A stretch of DNA of 62,609 bases, filler included, from Stramenopiles sp. TOSAG23-2 (GCA_900128395.1; 2 parts of 2 records of this genome joined end to end with filler, not necessarily neighbours in it); one strand, 5' to 3'. Counted from the whole stretch's first letter, positions 33,188 to 45,931 are shown. A program made the numbers and translations. The notes: generated from the letters alone by a model not told the origin.

Positions 33188-36155
33188 CTAATCACGATCT
33201 AGATTACCATCAACAATCGCCTCTCCTGCAAACCCTTCAGCAAATATATCAACATAAGCAAAGGTATAGTATTTGCTATAATATGCTGCATAGTAACTTG
33301 CATAGTAAGCTTTTTCGTAATCCTCTTTACTTGCCGTTTTACAATATGTACAATAAAAACGAAATTTTTGGCAATAATGACAATAAAAATCGTTTTTAGG
33401 GGAACGTGTTAACGACATTGTTAAAGACGATGACAAGATATGCGTAACAGTAGGAACTAATTGTGAGGTAATTTCCTTTGTACCAGATCGTAAAACACTT
33501 CTTGACAAAAGTGCAGTTAAGCTTTCACTTAATTGCTCAACAAGTCCATCTGATATTTCCTCTGTCAGCATTAAATTCGTAGTGCGAAAGACGGTCTGAT
33601 TTACAGTCATTGATAATCCGACGGCAGCCTCGCGATGGATTCTATCCATAATCATAGCCATAGTTGTTTCCACTGTGGTGTCAGAAAGTACTTCTGCGCC
33701 AGGGTTCCAACCTTGTTTTGTTTCCGATTGTGTATGTGGCTTTTTAATAGGAGCCAGATTATCCGGATTGTCTTGTTCCATTGAACCAATTGGTGGTAAA
33801 CCTTTCGGGGTAAAGGCATTACACTTCACTCCATGAATACCATTGTTTCTAGCATTTTCTTCAATCTCTGCACCATGTTCTTCTTCCGCGCATCTTCCTT
33901 CTTCCGCCCCACCTGCCCTTCTAGTACACCAAACACATTTACCACTTTCAGGTCCATGCTTTCCAGCAACTTTAAATAGCTCACGTGCTGTCTCACAGGC
34001 TTTTACAGATTGATGTAAATCGCATCCACCATTTTTTGTCTTTGAAAATAATTGTAAAAATGATGTAGCAAATAAATCTGTTGCAGGATATACTTCTTCT
34101 GGTAATACACCATTGTTTATTTGCCGACGTCGGCGTCGAACGCGGTCCTTTAACCGTTTGAAAACACGGTAAGCAAATGGTCTTGTACTATGATCGACGC
34201 CAGGCATGGTGTCTATTTCTCCCATAGCAGACTCTACTTTTTTTTCCAATACGCGTAACTTTGTGTCATTGCCTTCTCGTCTTTTCATTTTAGCCAATGA
34301 TGGTTTTTGAATATTCTTAACGTCTACGTTATGTTCCATCTTTTCAGCCATTTTTGCATCTTCCAATGCATTAATGTAAGCTCTATCAGTTTCTCTTTCA
34401 ATCGTTTCATTTGCCATTTTAAGCGGAATTAATGCGTTTTTAATACAAAATGCAACAGATATTGGGCCTTTTAAACCCATACATGGCTCTGGTATCACCT
34501 TTTTTTTGACAACCAGAGGTTCCGGAATCGGTTCTTCTTTTTCTTTGACTTCAGGTACATTCATTGTATTAGTCTTTGGAGGGGGGTTATTTGCTTTCCA
34601 TCTCCATTTACTAGATCGTGGTGCAGATTTTTCAATTGCAGCTGCGAAGGACATGAAAGATTGTTCCTTAATAAGATTGATCGTCGTCTCTGAGAAGCGA
34701 ACTTTTTTAGTAGACATTTTTTTCGCTACTTTTTCAACAATTTTGCGAAGTGGTTTGCTAAATTGTTTCCGCATTTGCTGAAACATACGTAGATCATTTT
34801 TAGATAGTGTTCTTCTATATTTTTCTGTGGCTTTTTTTGGAAATTTTATTTCATTTAATTTTTTCATAAACAGCCTACGTCGACGAAAAGGTAACCCACC
34901 CATTCCAGGCTTTGACCCAGGATTTACTCTTTTATCAATCGGCCCACGAAGTTTCATTTCCAACAAAGGTTCCAGAAGTTTATGCAACATTTCCTTCAAA
35001 TTTGGTAACACTGTTTCAAAAGCCCAGTTCATAAACTGGTTTTCGAATATATTATTCAGTGAATCCATCACAGGGTTAGGATCGCTGCCAACAAATACTT
35101 GATCCTGTAACTTGACTGCTACTTGAAGGAGTGAATAATATTCTTCGTGTGTAAACCATTTTTTACGAAAGAAATTTGTCTTATCATATGCATCCATTGG
35201 CCGTGCTTTTCCATCGGCTCCGATACGAGTTGCTCTCTTGAAAGACGGTCTTTCCGTGTGAGAAAACATGGGATATTCTTCCAGCTGTGGTAATTGTGCT
35301 GAGTGTTTATGCCTCTTGGTTATATTATGGATACTATTTTTATTTATATTATGGTGGCTATGACGACGTTCGTTTGTTTTCTTGGGTACATCTAATAATG
35401 GCCGGAGATCAAACGGTTTTGTCTCAGTTATAATAGCATTTCCATTTACTTTGGATAAAATGGAATGTGGTGACCAGTCTTGGGACATTGGCGCTAAAAA
35501 TTGGACTTTACAAGAGTGAAGACGATCGATACATATACCACTGTGACAATATCTAGTATTATGCTTGTTTTTAGTGAATAAGACAGTGAGGGCATACCGA
35601 TTTGTGAAGACGATCGATACATATACCACTGTGACAATATCTAGTATTATGCTTGTTTTTAGTGAATAAGACAGTGAGGGCATACCGATTTGTTGGCTCT
35701 TCATTCTTCTCGTAAATTTGGCTTTTCAAAAATTCTATTGTATGTTTTAAATGCAAGTCGTTGTAATGACTTTTCTTCGTTAAAGACAGCGCAAACCTTG
35801 GTATTTCTGACCTAGGGACACCAAACTCTGGATGCGACTCAATCATAACTTTTCCTTCTTCACAAATAATTCTTGTAGCTCCAAGAAATTTGTTTGCATC
35901 TTTAATGGATGACACCAAAATTTCTGTGCCATTATAATACAGAGGTTGGTCAAAGTCAATAACCCAAATAGCTGCAGCAATTTCTTTTTCTCTATGCGAG
36001 TTTTCATCTGAATATTTAACGTGTATCACAGATCCACTTGTATAAATAACCTTTGCTGCTGTTGATCTAGTCGCGGCTGCACTAGCACTTCCAATTTTAT
36101 AAACAGTAGTTATTACAAATAAAAACAAAAAAGTCGAATCAATGAAGTAATTCAT
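33188..36155 (-). CDS. Large secreted or membrane-associated hypothetical protein (~960 aa) with Cys- and Tyr-rich C-terminus; split by an 88-bp duplication
   Basis: Removing one copy of 35516-35603/35604-35691 fuses track ORFs 35571-36155 and 33188-35704. N-terminal hydrophobic signal; C-terminal 'YCHYCQKFRFYCTYC...YYASYYAAYYSKYY'. Confidence 0.7.
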
Positions 36156-36631
36156 TGTGATTTAATAAAGTTGGTTTGGTATATATGTAATTAAATTAAC
36201 AATAATATTGCTGTTGCGTTGCGTATATATATACATATTTACTGTGATTTAATAAAGTTGGTTTGGTATATATGTAATTAAATTAACAATAATATTGCTG
36301 TTGCGTTGCGTATATATATACATATTTACATTATATACACATGTATTTTATACTATAGTTTAGCTTACAAATAATAATAATATATAATATTATTAAAAAG
36401 TGCATATAATAATAATACCAGTAAATAATTAATAAATTAAAATTATAATGCAAAAAGAATGATAAGTTTTACTGTATAGTAGTATTAGTACTTGTATCGT
36501 AGTATATATAGTGCTATTAAAATTTCCTCACTTTTTTCTTTTCTCCTTCCCTATTTCCTATTTTCCTATTCCTCCATTTTTAGATGATGGTATAGTCCTG
36601 GTGGTAATAATGACCAAGAATGATATTATTA

Positions 36632-39379
36632 TTAAAAATCATCGTCGTCGCGATGTTTTTTATATATCTCATCATTATTATTATATTTTGTTGTTGTTAC
36701 TTTTTCATATATAGTTATATAAGAAGAAATGATCATGTACCCTGGACTTTGTTTTGGTATCTCATCATTATTATTATATTTTGTTGTTGTTACTTTTTCA
36801 TATATAGTTATATAAGAAGAAATGATCATGTACCCTGGACTTTGTTTTGGATTTGGTGTTTTACCATTATAAAAACCTTTGTACGCCACAGTGATTTTAT
36901 TTCCTTTAGAATTAAATTTGCCAGGAAGTAATTCTTTGTACGGTGCAACCCTTTGGCCATTACACCATCCATTTCGACCTAGTGTCCAAGTGCCATGTTC
37001 ATTTGGTAATGCAACATCACCACCACTATTTACACCATTTGTCATTGCAATACCATTAAGATATCCATGATTGGCACATCCATAATTTGGATGGGTTGTT
37101 GGTAATGAGAAATTTTCAATCATTTCATATGTATTTCCGCTTGCATCATTAAAGTAAAAATGATGTGTTGTTGAACAAAATTCTCCACACCCATTTTCAT
37201 CGGACCCATGACCGGTAATGACAGAAGACAGTAAAATTTTAAAATTATCAGCATCCTCTTCATCGATTTGTAACAATGACGATGGGATTATAAAATCAAT
37301 AGATGATCTATTATTATATTCTTTATCGAATGTATATTGGCCATTATATAATGGAATTGTTTGTATAGGAGTAAATGTGCTCAACAAAGTATCACTAGTA
37401 GCACGGACAACATCACCAATACCATGTTCCTTCTCTTTATCATAATGCAATACTACATTTTTGTGAGACAAACGCAATGAAGAAGTTATATACCAAATCT
37501 CAGGTGTTCCAGCAATAGAAATTGTACACTGTTTTCCTTGTGCAGCATAAAATATTGGAAATAAATGGGTAATAGCAATGAAGAAGTTATATACCAAATC
37601 TCAGGTGTTCCAGCAATAGAAATTGTACACTGTTTTCCTTGTGCAGCATAAAATATTGGAAATAAATGGGTAATATCCGTTATCCATTTTCCTTCACCAC
37701 GACGAAAAGCTGTAATATATCGAGCAATCTCTAAATTACAATACATATTGTTATCCTCATCATCATTATCATCATCATGGATACAAATATTAAGTGATAT
37801 TACTCTGTCCCAGATTCCACAATTAAAGTCATATGTATCAATACAAGATAAAGCAAAGCAATGAAGAAGTTATATACCAAATCTCAGGTGTTCCAGCAAT
37901 AGAAATTGTACACTGTTTTCCTTGTGCAGCATAAAATATTGGAAATAAATGAGTAATATCGGTTATCCATTTTCCTTCACCACGACGAAATGCTGTAATA
38001 TATCGAGCAATTTCTAAATTACAATACATATTGTTATCCTCTTCGTCATTATCATCATCATGGATACAAATATTAAGTGATATCACTCTGTCCCAGATTC
38101 CACAATTAAAGTCATATGTATCAATACAAGATAAAGCAAATTCAATCTCCAATACATTTAAGGACGATGGAAATGTTGGCAATGTAATGTTTTTAATTGC
38201 TCCTGAATTTGCACTCCAACTTCCACCGCTAGGTGCATGATCGAATAAAGAAATTGTAAATGTTGGTGTTTCTAAGGATTTTAAATATTCATCATAATCG
38301 TTATTTAATTTCCATGAACTCCATCCCAATGTCATTAAAAATGGAAACTTTTCCCAACCAATCATTGTTAATTTTCCAAATGAATCAATGCCAAAATATT
38401 TTCCAGGATTTGATCTTGGTTCCGTGAATGATATATTAACAGATGCAGAAGGTATCATTGCACTTGCAATTTCCTTCCCATCAAAATAGCTAATCATCGT
38501 TAAAATGATAGATGCTCCAGCCATATTTGTATTTTCTTGATTAAGTTCAATCACATCTTTACCCAATTCCTGTACAAAAACTATTCCTTGCACGCCATTT
38601 TTCATTCCTTGTTGAATAATTTTATCAATAACATCACAATTATTGCTTAAATGTACTAAAACAAATTTATTTTTAGAAATATTTTTTGCAGGTACATGGC
38701 AAGTTTTACCACTACTAATCAAAACACCAGATGCACAACTAGTACCTGTGGCACTGTCACTACAAGGCCATACATTCCATTCATACTCACCATCTAATCT
38801 AGATACAATAAAGGATGGGGCATTATTATTATTATTAGTAGTAGTAGTAGTAGACTCAATAAATCTTTGCTTTGAATTCCACCCGTCTGTATTCAAAATA
38901 TCTGTAAAATATTCTGGTATACCATTATCTGCAAAAAATAATGCATTTCGAATAGTATCTTTTACTTCCAATGAATTACGAAGACTGGTATCTTTATTTT
39001 CTAATAGTTGTAATCGAGCCATTATTTTATCCCGTATCTGCTTCAGCAATTGAGTATCTTTTGAATAAAACATAAATGTTGTTTTTGATTTAATATTTTT
39101 CCCAGTCATAGCATTTTGCAAAAACTCATCAACACTTTTATTAGAGTTGAAAAAATTCATAATGAAATAATCTGAAGCATTTACATTCAAAAAAATTAAA
39201 TTTGAACCATTATTTGATTTAATGTTTCTTTGAGAAAATGTATAGGTTTTATTATCAATTTTTGAAGTTATTTCAAAATTTATGGCAAAATCACCAGGGT
39301 TCAGTTTACTACGACCAATATTAATCAATAATAATATAATGATGGTAGATATGATAATTGTTTTCATATTTATATACAT
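36632..39379 (-). CDS. Secreted peptide-N-glycosidase F-like protein with PA domain; split by duplications
   Basis: Signal peptide, PA-like segment, 'C..WDR...EIARYITAFRR..GKWITDIT', and PNGase F C-terminal motifs 'ITGHG...CGEFC...H', 'GTW..GRNGWCNGQ.V.P'. Duplicated blocks at ~37475-38138 and ~36666-36849 break the frame. Confidence 0.78.
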
Positions 39380-39522
39380 TGTTGGGTTTAATTTTAATTT
39401 ATGATATCCTTTTTTTTTTTTAAGTAGATGTAGTTAATTATAATGTACCGGTCAGCTTCTGCAGTTATACCATTAGATGTAAATTTTGTTTTTTTTTAAA
39501 ACTATCCACACGTCTTCCACAG

Positions 39523-39563
<41 letters not shown>

Positions 39564-39884
39564 CTAAAATATCCGGATATTTTAATAACCATTATATTAT
39601 TATTATTTGCATTTATGATTTGTGGTGATTTGTGATTGAAATCAGATTTTTGACCTATCATTATCATACGACAATACATATACTTTATACTTGTAGAAAA
39701 TTAGGAAAAATCATAACTCTCATTTTAAATTGGCACAGCATTATATAGCATTGCACATTCACTCATCATTTTTTCATATTTTCATCGATTTCTGACAAAC
39801 AACAGTATATAGCATGAAACAAAATAACACTATTCACTATATAGAATATATGTTGTTTGTGTAAATAATAAATATAGCAAATAA

Positions 39885-40172
39885 ATATCCGAGGTTTCCT
39901 GAGTATACCTTGTCAATAAGAGGGACATAAGTCCTTCAAAAAAGTGATGCAGTGGTTGGGATAGGAGTAGGGTTTAATTTAAGTAATAATTTAGTATACT
40001 AATATATGCATATTTGATAGTGATACTGGATATTGCAAAAAATCGGATATTCTTAAGTTTATTCATCAAAATAAGTAATAAGTATTGGCTATTTTTGGAT
40101 TTTTTGCAATATCCATTACCATCAACCATCAGTATCTCTATCAACAAGGATATAGCGCAAAGACCCGGAATT
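39885..40172. repeat. Nested inverted repeat (foldback or degenerate MITE)
   Basis: Perfect 18-bp IR tggatattgcaaaaaatc (40027-40044) and gattttttgcaatatcca (40098-40115); further imperfect arms outside it. Confidence 0.6.
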
Positions 40173-40560
40173 TAATATTATACTTGAATGGGAAATTAGA
40201 GTACTGAAATGGGGGCGGGAAAACCAAAAACTACCTCTTCTATTTCACTCACACAAAACAAGATGAATGAACACCAAATTAAATATTTGAAAATTAGAAA
40301 TACATTAGTTCTATTAGTGTAGAGATATTGCAAACGAATATAGATATATCACGTATATTCTCTTGTTTTATATATATATATGGTATAAATTTATATTGAA
40401 AGAAACTAACAAAGATATAGAAAACAAACAAACACAGATACGATGGAAGATGGTGCGGTAAGAAGAGCGGTGAAACATACGCAAGATCATAATAAAAATC
40501 AAATTGCCAAATTTAAAGACGATTTTAAAGACTTATTTCAAAGTGTTTCACACAGATACG

Positions 40561-41415
40561 ATGGAAGATGGTGCGGTAAGAAGAGCGGTGAAACATACGC
40601 AAGATCATAATAAAAATCAAATTGCCAAATTTAAAGACGATTTTAAAGACTTATTTCAAAGTGTTTCACAGTCAACAGTTGATAGTGAAAGTTTTAATAA
40701 TCAAAAACAGCTTTTAAAAAGTATCTTACAAGATGCTGCGTTGATAGAATATCGCTCATCGAAATATAATGAAACGTTGGATAATATACAAAATGGTATG
40801 TATGATAATAATGATAATAATGGAGGTAGCTCTTCATCAACAACAACTACTACTACTACTACCTCGACGGCAACAACAACGTCTACCAATGTCTCCCGCT
40901 TTTTACATGAAGCTTTGGAAACTTTACCAACAGAATGTCCGGACAATGTATATCCTCAACAAAATGTATATCGAGGCTTTTCAAGGATGTTTGTAGATAA
41001 TAGTAGTAGTAGTGGCAGCAGCAGTAGTAACAATCGCCGTAATATGATGATGCCTGGAGGTGATTCAGATGAAGAGTTAGAAATTATTGAAGATGCTGTT
41101 GCGATGTCAGATAAATGTCCAATTGCTGGTGTAAAAATCAAAATTCCAATGACATCAACGAAATGTAATCACACCTTTTCGCAAGCAGGTTTAAAACAAT
41201 GGTTTACACGACACAGGGCAAGAAAATGTCCAATGGCAGGATGTAAAATGGATGGCAGAACTGGCAGTACGTGTCTTAAAATGTCTGATTTTGTTATTGA
41301 TCGTGATTTTTTTAATCGTGTAGCAGAATCACAACGTGCATTTGAAGCAAGTCAAGCTAGAAATGGCGGTAGTTCATCAATACGAGCAGCTACACAAATG
41401 GATTTAACACAATAA
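40561..41415 (+). CDS. NSE2: E3 SUMO ligase NSE2/MMS21-like (SP-RING), SMC5/6 subunit
   Basis: Helical N-terminus, 'DSDEELEII', then SP-RING 'KCPI.......PM.S.KCNHTFS...L..W......KCPMAGC'. The 5' end is duplicated (other ATG copy at 40443), as is the 3' end. Confidence 0.8.
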   Translation: MEDGAVRRAVKHTQDHNKNQIAKFKDDFKDLFQSVSQSTVDSESFNNQKQLLKSILQDAALIEYRSSKYNETLDNIQNGMYDNNDNNGGSSSSTTTTTTTTSTATTTSTNVSRFLHEALETLPTECPDNVYPQQNVYRGFSRMFVDNSSSSGSSSSNNRRNMMMPGGDSDEELEIIEDAVAMSDKCPIAGVKIKIPMTSTKCNHTFSQAGLKQWFTRHRARKCPMAGCKMDGRTGSTCLKMSDFVIDRDFFNRVAESQRAFEASQARNGGSSSIRAATQMDLTQ

Positions 41416-41811
41416 CATGTTTACACCGCTGGGAACCGTGTGTGTGTGTGTGTGTGTCAACGTGCATTTGAAGCAAGTCAAGCTAGAAATGGCGGTAGTT
41501 CATCAATACGAGCAGCTACACAAATGGATTTAACACAATAACATGTTTACACCGCTGGGAACCGTGTGTGTGTGTGTGTGTGTGTGATTAGTATACATTC
41601 ACGCGTGTAGTATAAATATTGTGTGCGTGCTTTTAATATATATCTCTCAAAATTGTTTTTTTACTTTTTCCTTTGTGACCTCTCCTCTTGCACACACTGT
41701 ACATTTTCATTTTTTTTTCACTTTTTCCCTCGAATAAAATTATACAGGTGTTGTTTGATGAATGAACTAAAAAGAATTAAATAATAAATATATTGAACTA
41801 AGAATATATAT

Positions 41812-41842
<31 letters not shown>

Positions 41843-41881
41843 ATATTGTGTCAAACGTAAAGTATATATATATATAAACAC

Positions 41882-43066
41882 ATGATGGCATCACTTACAA
41901 CCAACCCACCACCTGCGAAACGACAACGCACGACGTTACAACCAGCAACTATTGAAGCGTTAGAAGAAGAACGTGCAGAACCTATTGAAATTGGTATATT
42001 AGTTTTACCAGCTGGATTTGAGTCTGCCTGCGGCATAATGACAAAAATACTTCTATATTTAGATATTAGATCATTATGTAATGTAAAGCGATCTTCTTTG
42101 ATACAACAATGTAGAAAAGCATTTAAGTGTGATGATTTTGAACGTGTACGTGATGAAGCATTGAGTATTGAGTATGAAGGTAGAAGAAGTATAAATGAGA
42201 TGAGACTTTCACATCCAGCGAGAAGACTTTATTTATTAATTGAAAGATATAAAAGAGAGTTTCCACGTGGTACACCTATCGTATGTGCATGTCAACATGG
42301 ACGTATGGATGATGTAGAAAATTGATGAAGCATTGAGTATTGATTATGAAGGTAGAAGAAGTATAAATGAGATGAGACTTTCACATCCAGCGAGAAGACT
42401 TTATTTATTAATTGAAAGATATAAAAGAGAGTTTCCACGTGGTACACCTATCATATGTGCATGTCAACATGAACGTATGGATGATGTAGAATCATTTATG
42501 AATCTTTATCCTTTTCACAAGTATATTACTAATCGTGATGTGAATGGCTACAGAGATGATATGACGTTGAAACAAATGGTGAATCAAGTCGGTAGAGCTA
42601 GGTATGGTTCTGAATATACACCTTTAATGATAGCTGCAGAGAACGAACATTTCCAAATAGTTCAATATTTAATTGAACAAGGTGAAGCTGATCCTAATAT
42701 TGCACATAGTAATGGAGTTTCGAAATAGTTAAATATTTGATTGAACAAGGTGAAGCTGATCCTAATATTGCAAATAGGTATGGATCGAATGCATTACATT
42801 TTGCAATATATAATGCATTATATTTTGCAATATATAACGAAACAAATACTGATGTGATTCAGTTCTTATTAACTCATATGACTCTTGATAGCATTAATAA
42901 GAAGCAGTCCGGGGGACAGACTCCCCTGGACTGTGCATATGAATATAATCATAGTCCACTTCGCCAAGAGATCATTGCACTTTTACGTTTAAAAGGTGGA
43001 AAAGCAAATTGTTTTGATGAAAATGGTAGAAGAGTAGGAAGAGGTAATGGTGATTTAAATCATTAA
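41882..43066 (+). CDS. F-box-like plus ankyrin-repeat protein, fragmented by divergent duplications
   Basis: 'IMTKILLYLDIRSLCNV' (F-box-like); ankyrin repeats 'YTPLMIAAENEHFQIVQYLIEQGEADPN', 'GSNALHFA', 'GQTPLDCA'. Three overlapping ORFs share duplicated blocks. Confidence 0.65.
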
Positions 43067-43215
43067 AACAAATAGCGCACACACCACATTTAATACTATC
43101 AGGGTAATATTTTAAATTATACATCATATATACGACACGTACACAATATATTACTATTTTTAATATACACGCACACACACAAGCTCCTCTCTTTTTTTCT
43201 CCCTTTTCCCCCTCT

Positions 43216-44421
43216 CTAATCATACGCACGATTTTCATACTCTTCAATCATTTTCAAATTTTCAACTATGACAGCATTTTTAACAATTTCTTTTTCCAAT
43301 TGCGATCCATTAAAAGGATCTTTATCTGTCTCAATATCAATTCCAAACAGACTTGTTTGCCAAAAATTAATTGCGATTGATTTGTTTTCATCATCGCACG
43401 TGCTATAAACATGATGGTAATAATTATATGGTAAATAAATGACATCACCTGGTAAACACGTAAATTTCAATGGCATTGGATCTTCCTTGTTCTCATATAA
43501 TTCTTTGAAATTTAAACTAGAAAACCCACGTGTAAGCAATGGATCACCTTCATCCGATGTAATCATATTTTTTGAATAACGTAAACCTTCCTTGTCTAAA
43601 CGTTGCAATCGATAGGACATTCGTGGAAAATCATAGACCTCTTTGAATTTGCAAGGTGGTATTAAATAAAATACTTTTTTACCAGATATGGTAACATTAA
43701 AATTATGATATAAATCTCGATGTGGTGCTGCAATTGCATTACCAGCTGCAATCCATAATAAACTTTTTGTCATATGTTTATCAGCGTTAAAATTTGGATC
43801 ATCAAAGAATGGTTGTTGAAATATAGTTGTTTGATTCTGGTCATTAGAATTAGTATTGAACGATGCATCGTTTAAGATGTCACGATACGTTATTGTACTA
43901 CTACTTTCATCTTTATTTTCATTTATTCGTTCCGCCTTTTTTGTAATAGATGAACTTCCTTCTGTAATATAAGCATAATCACCTCTATCAACATTCTTTT
44001 CAACATATTCGTTCCAAAAATCATTGACAGTCATAGTACTTACTGCACTATATTCCATTTCTCCAGAAGCATTCAATGCATCATATTTAGAATTTTGTGA
44101 AAATTGAATTTGTACCGTTCGATTTCCATATTGATTTTTTACATATTGTTGTGTGTCATTATTGTTCCATGCAGATACTGCATTCCAATCTTTTGCAAGG
44201 CCACGTAATAAAACCGGCTTCTTCTTTAAAACATATTCTTTTTTAAATGTATCCTGCAAATTATTATATTCATCCTTGGAAAGATGCTTTGAAAAGTCTA
44301 GAATGGATGATGATGGCTTGGAAGAATAATAAGAAAGATGTTGATGTTGATTTATTATTTTTGTAAACTTATAATGTTGATGATGAGCGATTTTATTGAT
44401 ATGGTTTATTGTTATATTCAT
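43216..44421 (-). CDS. JmjC/cupin-8 2-oxoglutarate-Fe(II) oxygenase
   Basis: 'KPVLLRGLAKDWNA...W', 'LWI......PHRDLYHNF.V.ISGKKVF.LIPP', 'LPGDVIYLP..YYHHV', 'IAINFW'; HxD...H triad intact. Confidence 0.85.
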   Translation of the reverse strand: MNITINHINKIAHHQHYKFTKIINQHQHLSYYSSKPSSSILDFSKHLSKDEYNNLQDTFKKEYVLKKKPVLLRGLAKDWNAVSAWNNNDTQQYVKNQYGNRTVQIQFSQNSKYDALNASGEMEYSAVSTMTVNDFWNEYVEKNVDRGDYAYITEGSSSITKKAERINENKDESSSTITYRDILNDASFNTNSNDQNQTTIFQQPFFDDPNFNADKHMTKSLLWIAAGNAIAAPHRDLYHNFNVTISGKKVFYLIPPCKFKEVYDFPRMSYRLQRLDKEGLRYSKNMITSDEGDPLLTRGFSSLNFKELYENKEDPMPLKFTCLPGDVIYLPYNYYHHVYSTCDDENKSIAINFWQTSLFGIDIETDKDPFNGSQLEKEIVKNAVIVENLKMIEEYENRAYD

Positions 44422-45046
44422 GTTCTTTTATAGTTCGCTTCTTCCTTTTGAACGTAGGTATTGTATAGATGAGAAAAGGATCTATAGTTCGCTTCTTCCT
44501 TTTGAACGTAGGTATTGTATAGATGAGAAAAGGGTCTTTGTGATGTTCATATTTATTATCCTCTTCTTGTTTTATTATATTATTCTTGCATGCATGCATC
44601 GTAACACGGTGGTATTCAACCATTTACATTATTACATTGAAAATATAGAAATATTATTATAAAGAACATGTATATATTATTACTGTGTCCCGTTTTTATT
44701 TTCCAGTTGATGGCGACGGATCTGCACATCTGGGATTCCTGGATTCCTGTGGGATTGGATTCCAGGATTCCGAAAAATTCCGGGCCCCCCAATTATTTTT
44801 AATAAAAAAATCATCCTACTACTTTTTGGTGCTTTGGGTTTCACACTTTTATAAATCCCACTTTTTATAAATCAATGTAAAAAAACAAAAACACATATAT
44901 CGAAAAAACACACTTCCATTTTAGTTGCGTCCAATCCACGTTAGAGATCCTTTAGTTAGGTGTATAAGAAGCTCCTGTAAACTTGGATTGTACACCACAA
45001 TAGTTTGAAAAATTTACGTTTATTCCAGTGTTTCATCTACATAAAT

Positions 45047-45931
45047 ATGTGTTATAATGCAACGGCAAGTTTTGTTACTGGATTAATAGGATTGTTTACA
45101 TCTTGGTTAATATATAAAAATCGAAATGGAAATATATATTTTTCAGTGTTTTTTCTCTCAATTACTTCCATGCAATATAGGATTGTTTACATCTTGGTTA
45201 ATATATAAAAATCGAAATGGAAATATATATTTTTCAGTGTTTTTTCTCTCAATTACTTCCATGCAATTTCTAGAGATGGTGATACATTTATATGATTGCA
45301 AAGAAAACGAAATGTTTTCTTATATATTACATATTGCATTAATTAGTATATTAACTGCAAACAATGTGACATATGCTTTGTACATAAAACATGTAAAACA
45401 CAATGAAATAGGAAATTTTTTATTGTTGCAGAATTGTATATTAATAATTTTTCAGTTTGTTCAAACATTTCAATACATAATGAATGGACCTACCCATGAT
45501 TTGAATAGTAGAATGTTAGAATTATCATCAACACATTCAAACATATGTATTACAAAAGGTCCACATGGTCATTTATGGTGGAACAACGGTTTGATCAATG
45601 CAGGGGTACCTATAAGCCCACCGTATATTGGCGCCGCTTTGACATTTATATTACCAGGTTTACTTTACAATACCTTGGATTCAATTATTATGATTTTTGT
45701 ATATGTTGTTACAAATTTTATTGTAAATGGTAGTAACGGTGAAGGTAAATTCTATTGCCCTAAACCTAAAAAAGGTATCCTCTCTAACACATCATTGCCA
45801 CTCATACATACATTACGCTCCAAAAAAAAAAAGGTGGAAGTTTATGGTGTTTTTCAATTCACATCTATGTATTTATTGAAATGTATCGTTATTTCTTCAT
45901 CAATAGAAAAGCATTTTTTAAAAAAGTATGA
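45047..45931 (+). CDS. Multipass membrane protein, DUF5765-like (MC.../MQ..E/GHLxW/GSxWC), one intron at 45745-45833; 5' part duplicated
   Basis: Starts MCYNATASF; 'SMQFLE', 'C..KGPHGHLWW'. Removing an 89-nt GTAAAT...CTAAC...AAAG intron gives 'NGEGGSLWCFSIH...KKV*'. A ~91-bp duplication at 45086-45266 breaks the frame. Family name is from memory. Confidence 0.65.
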
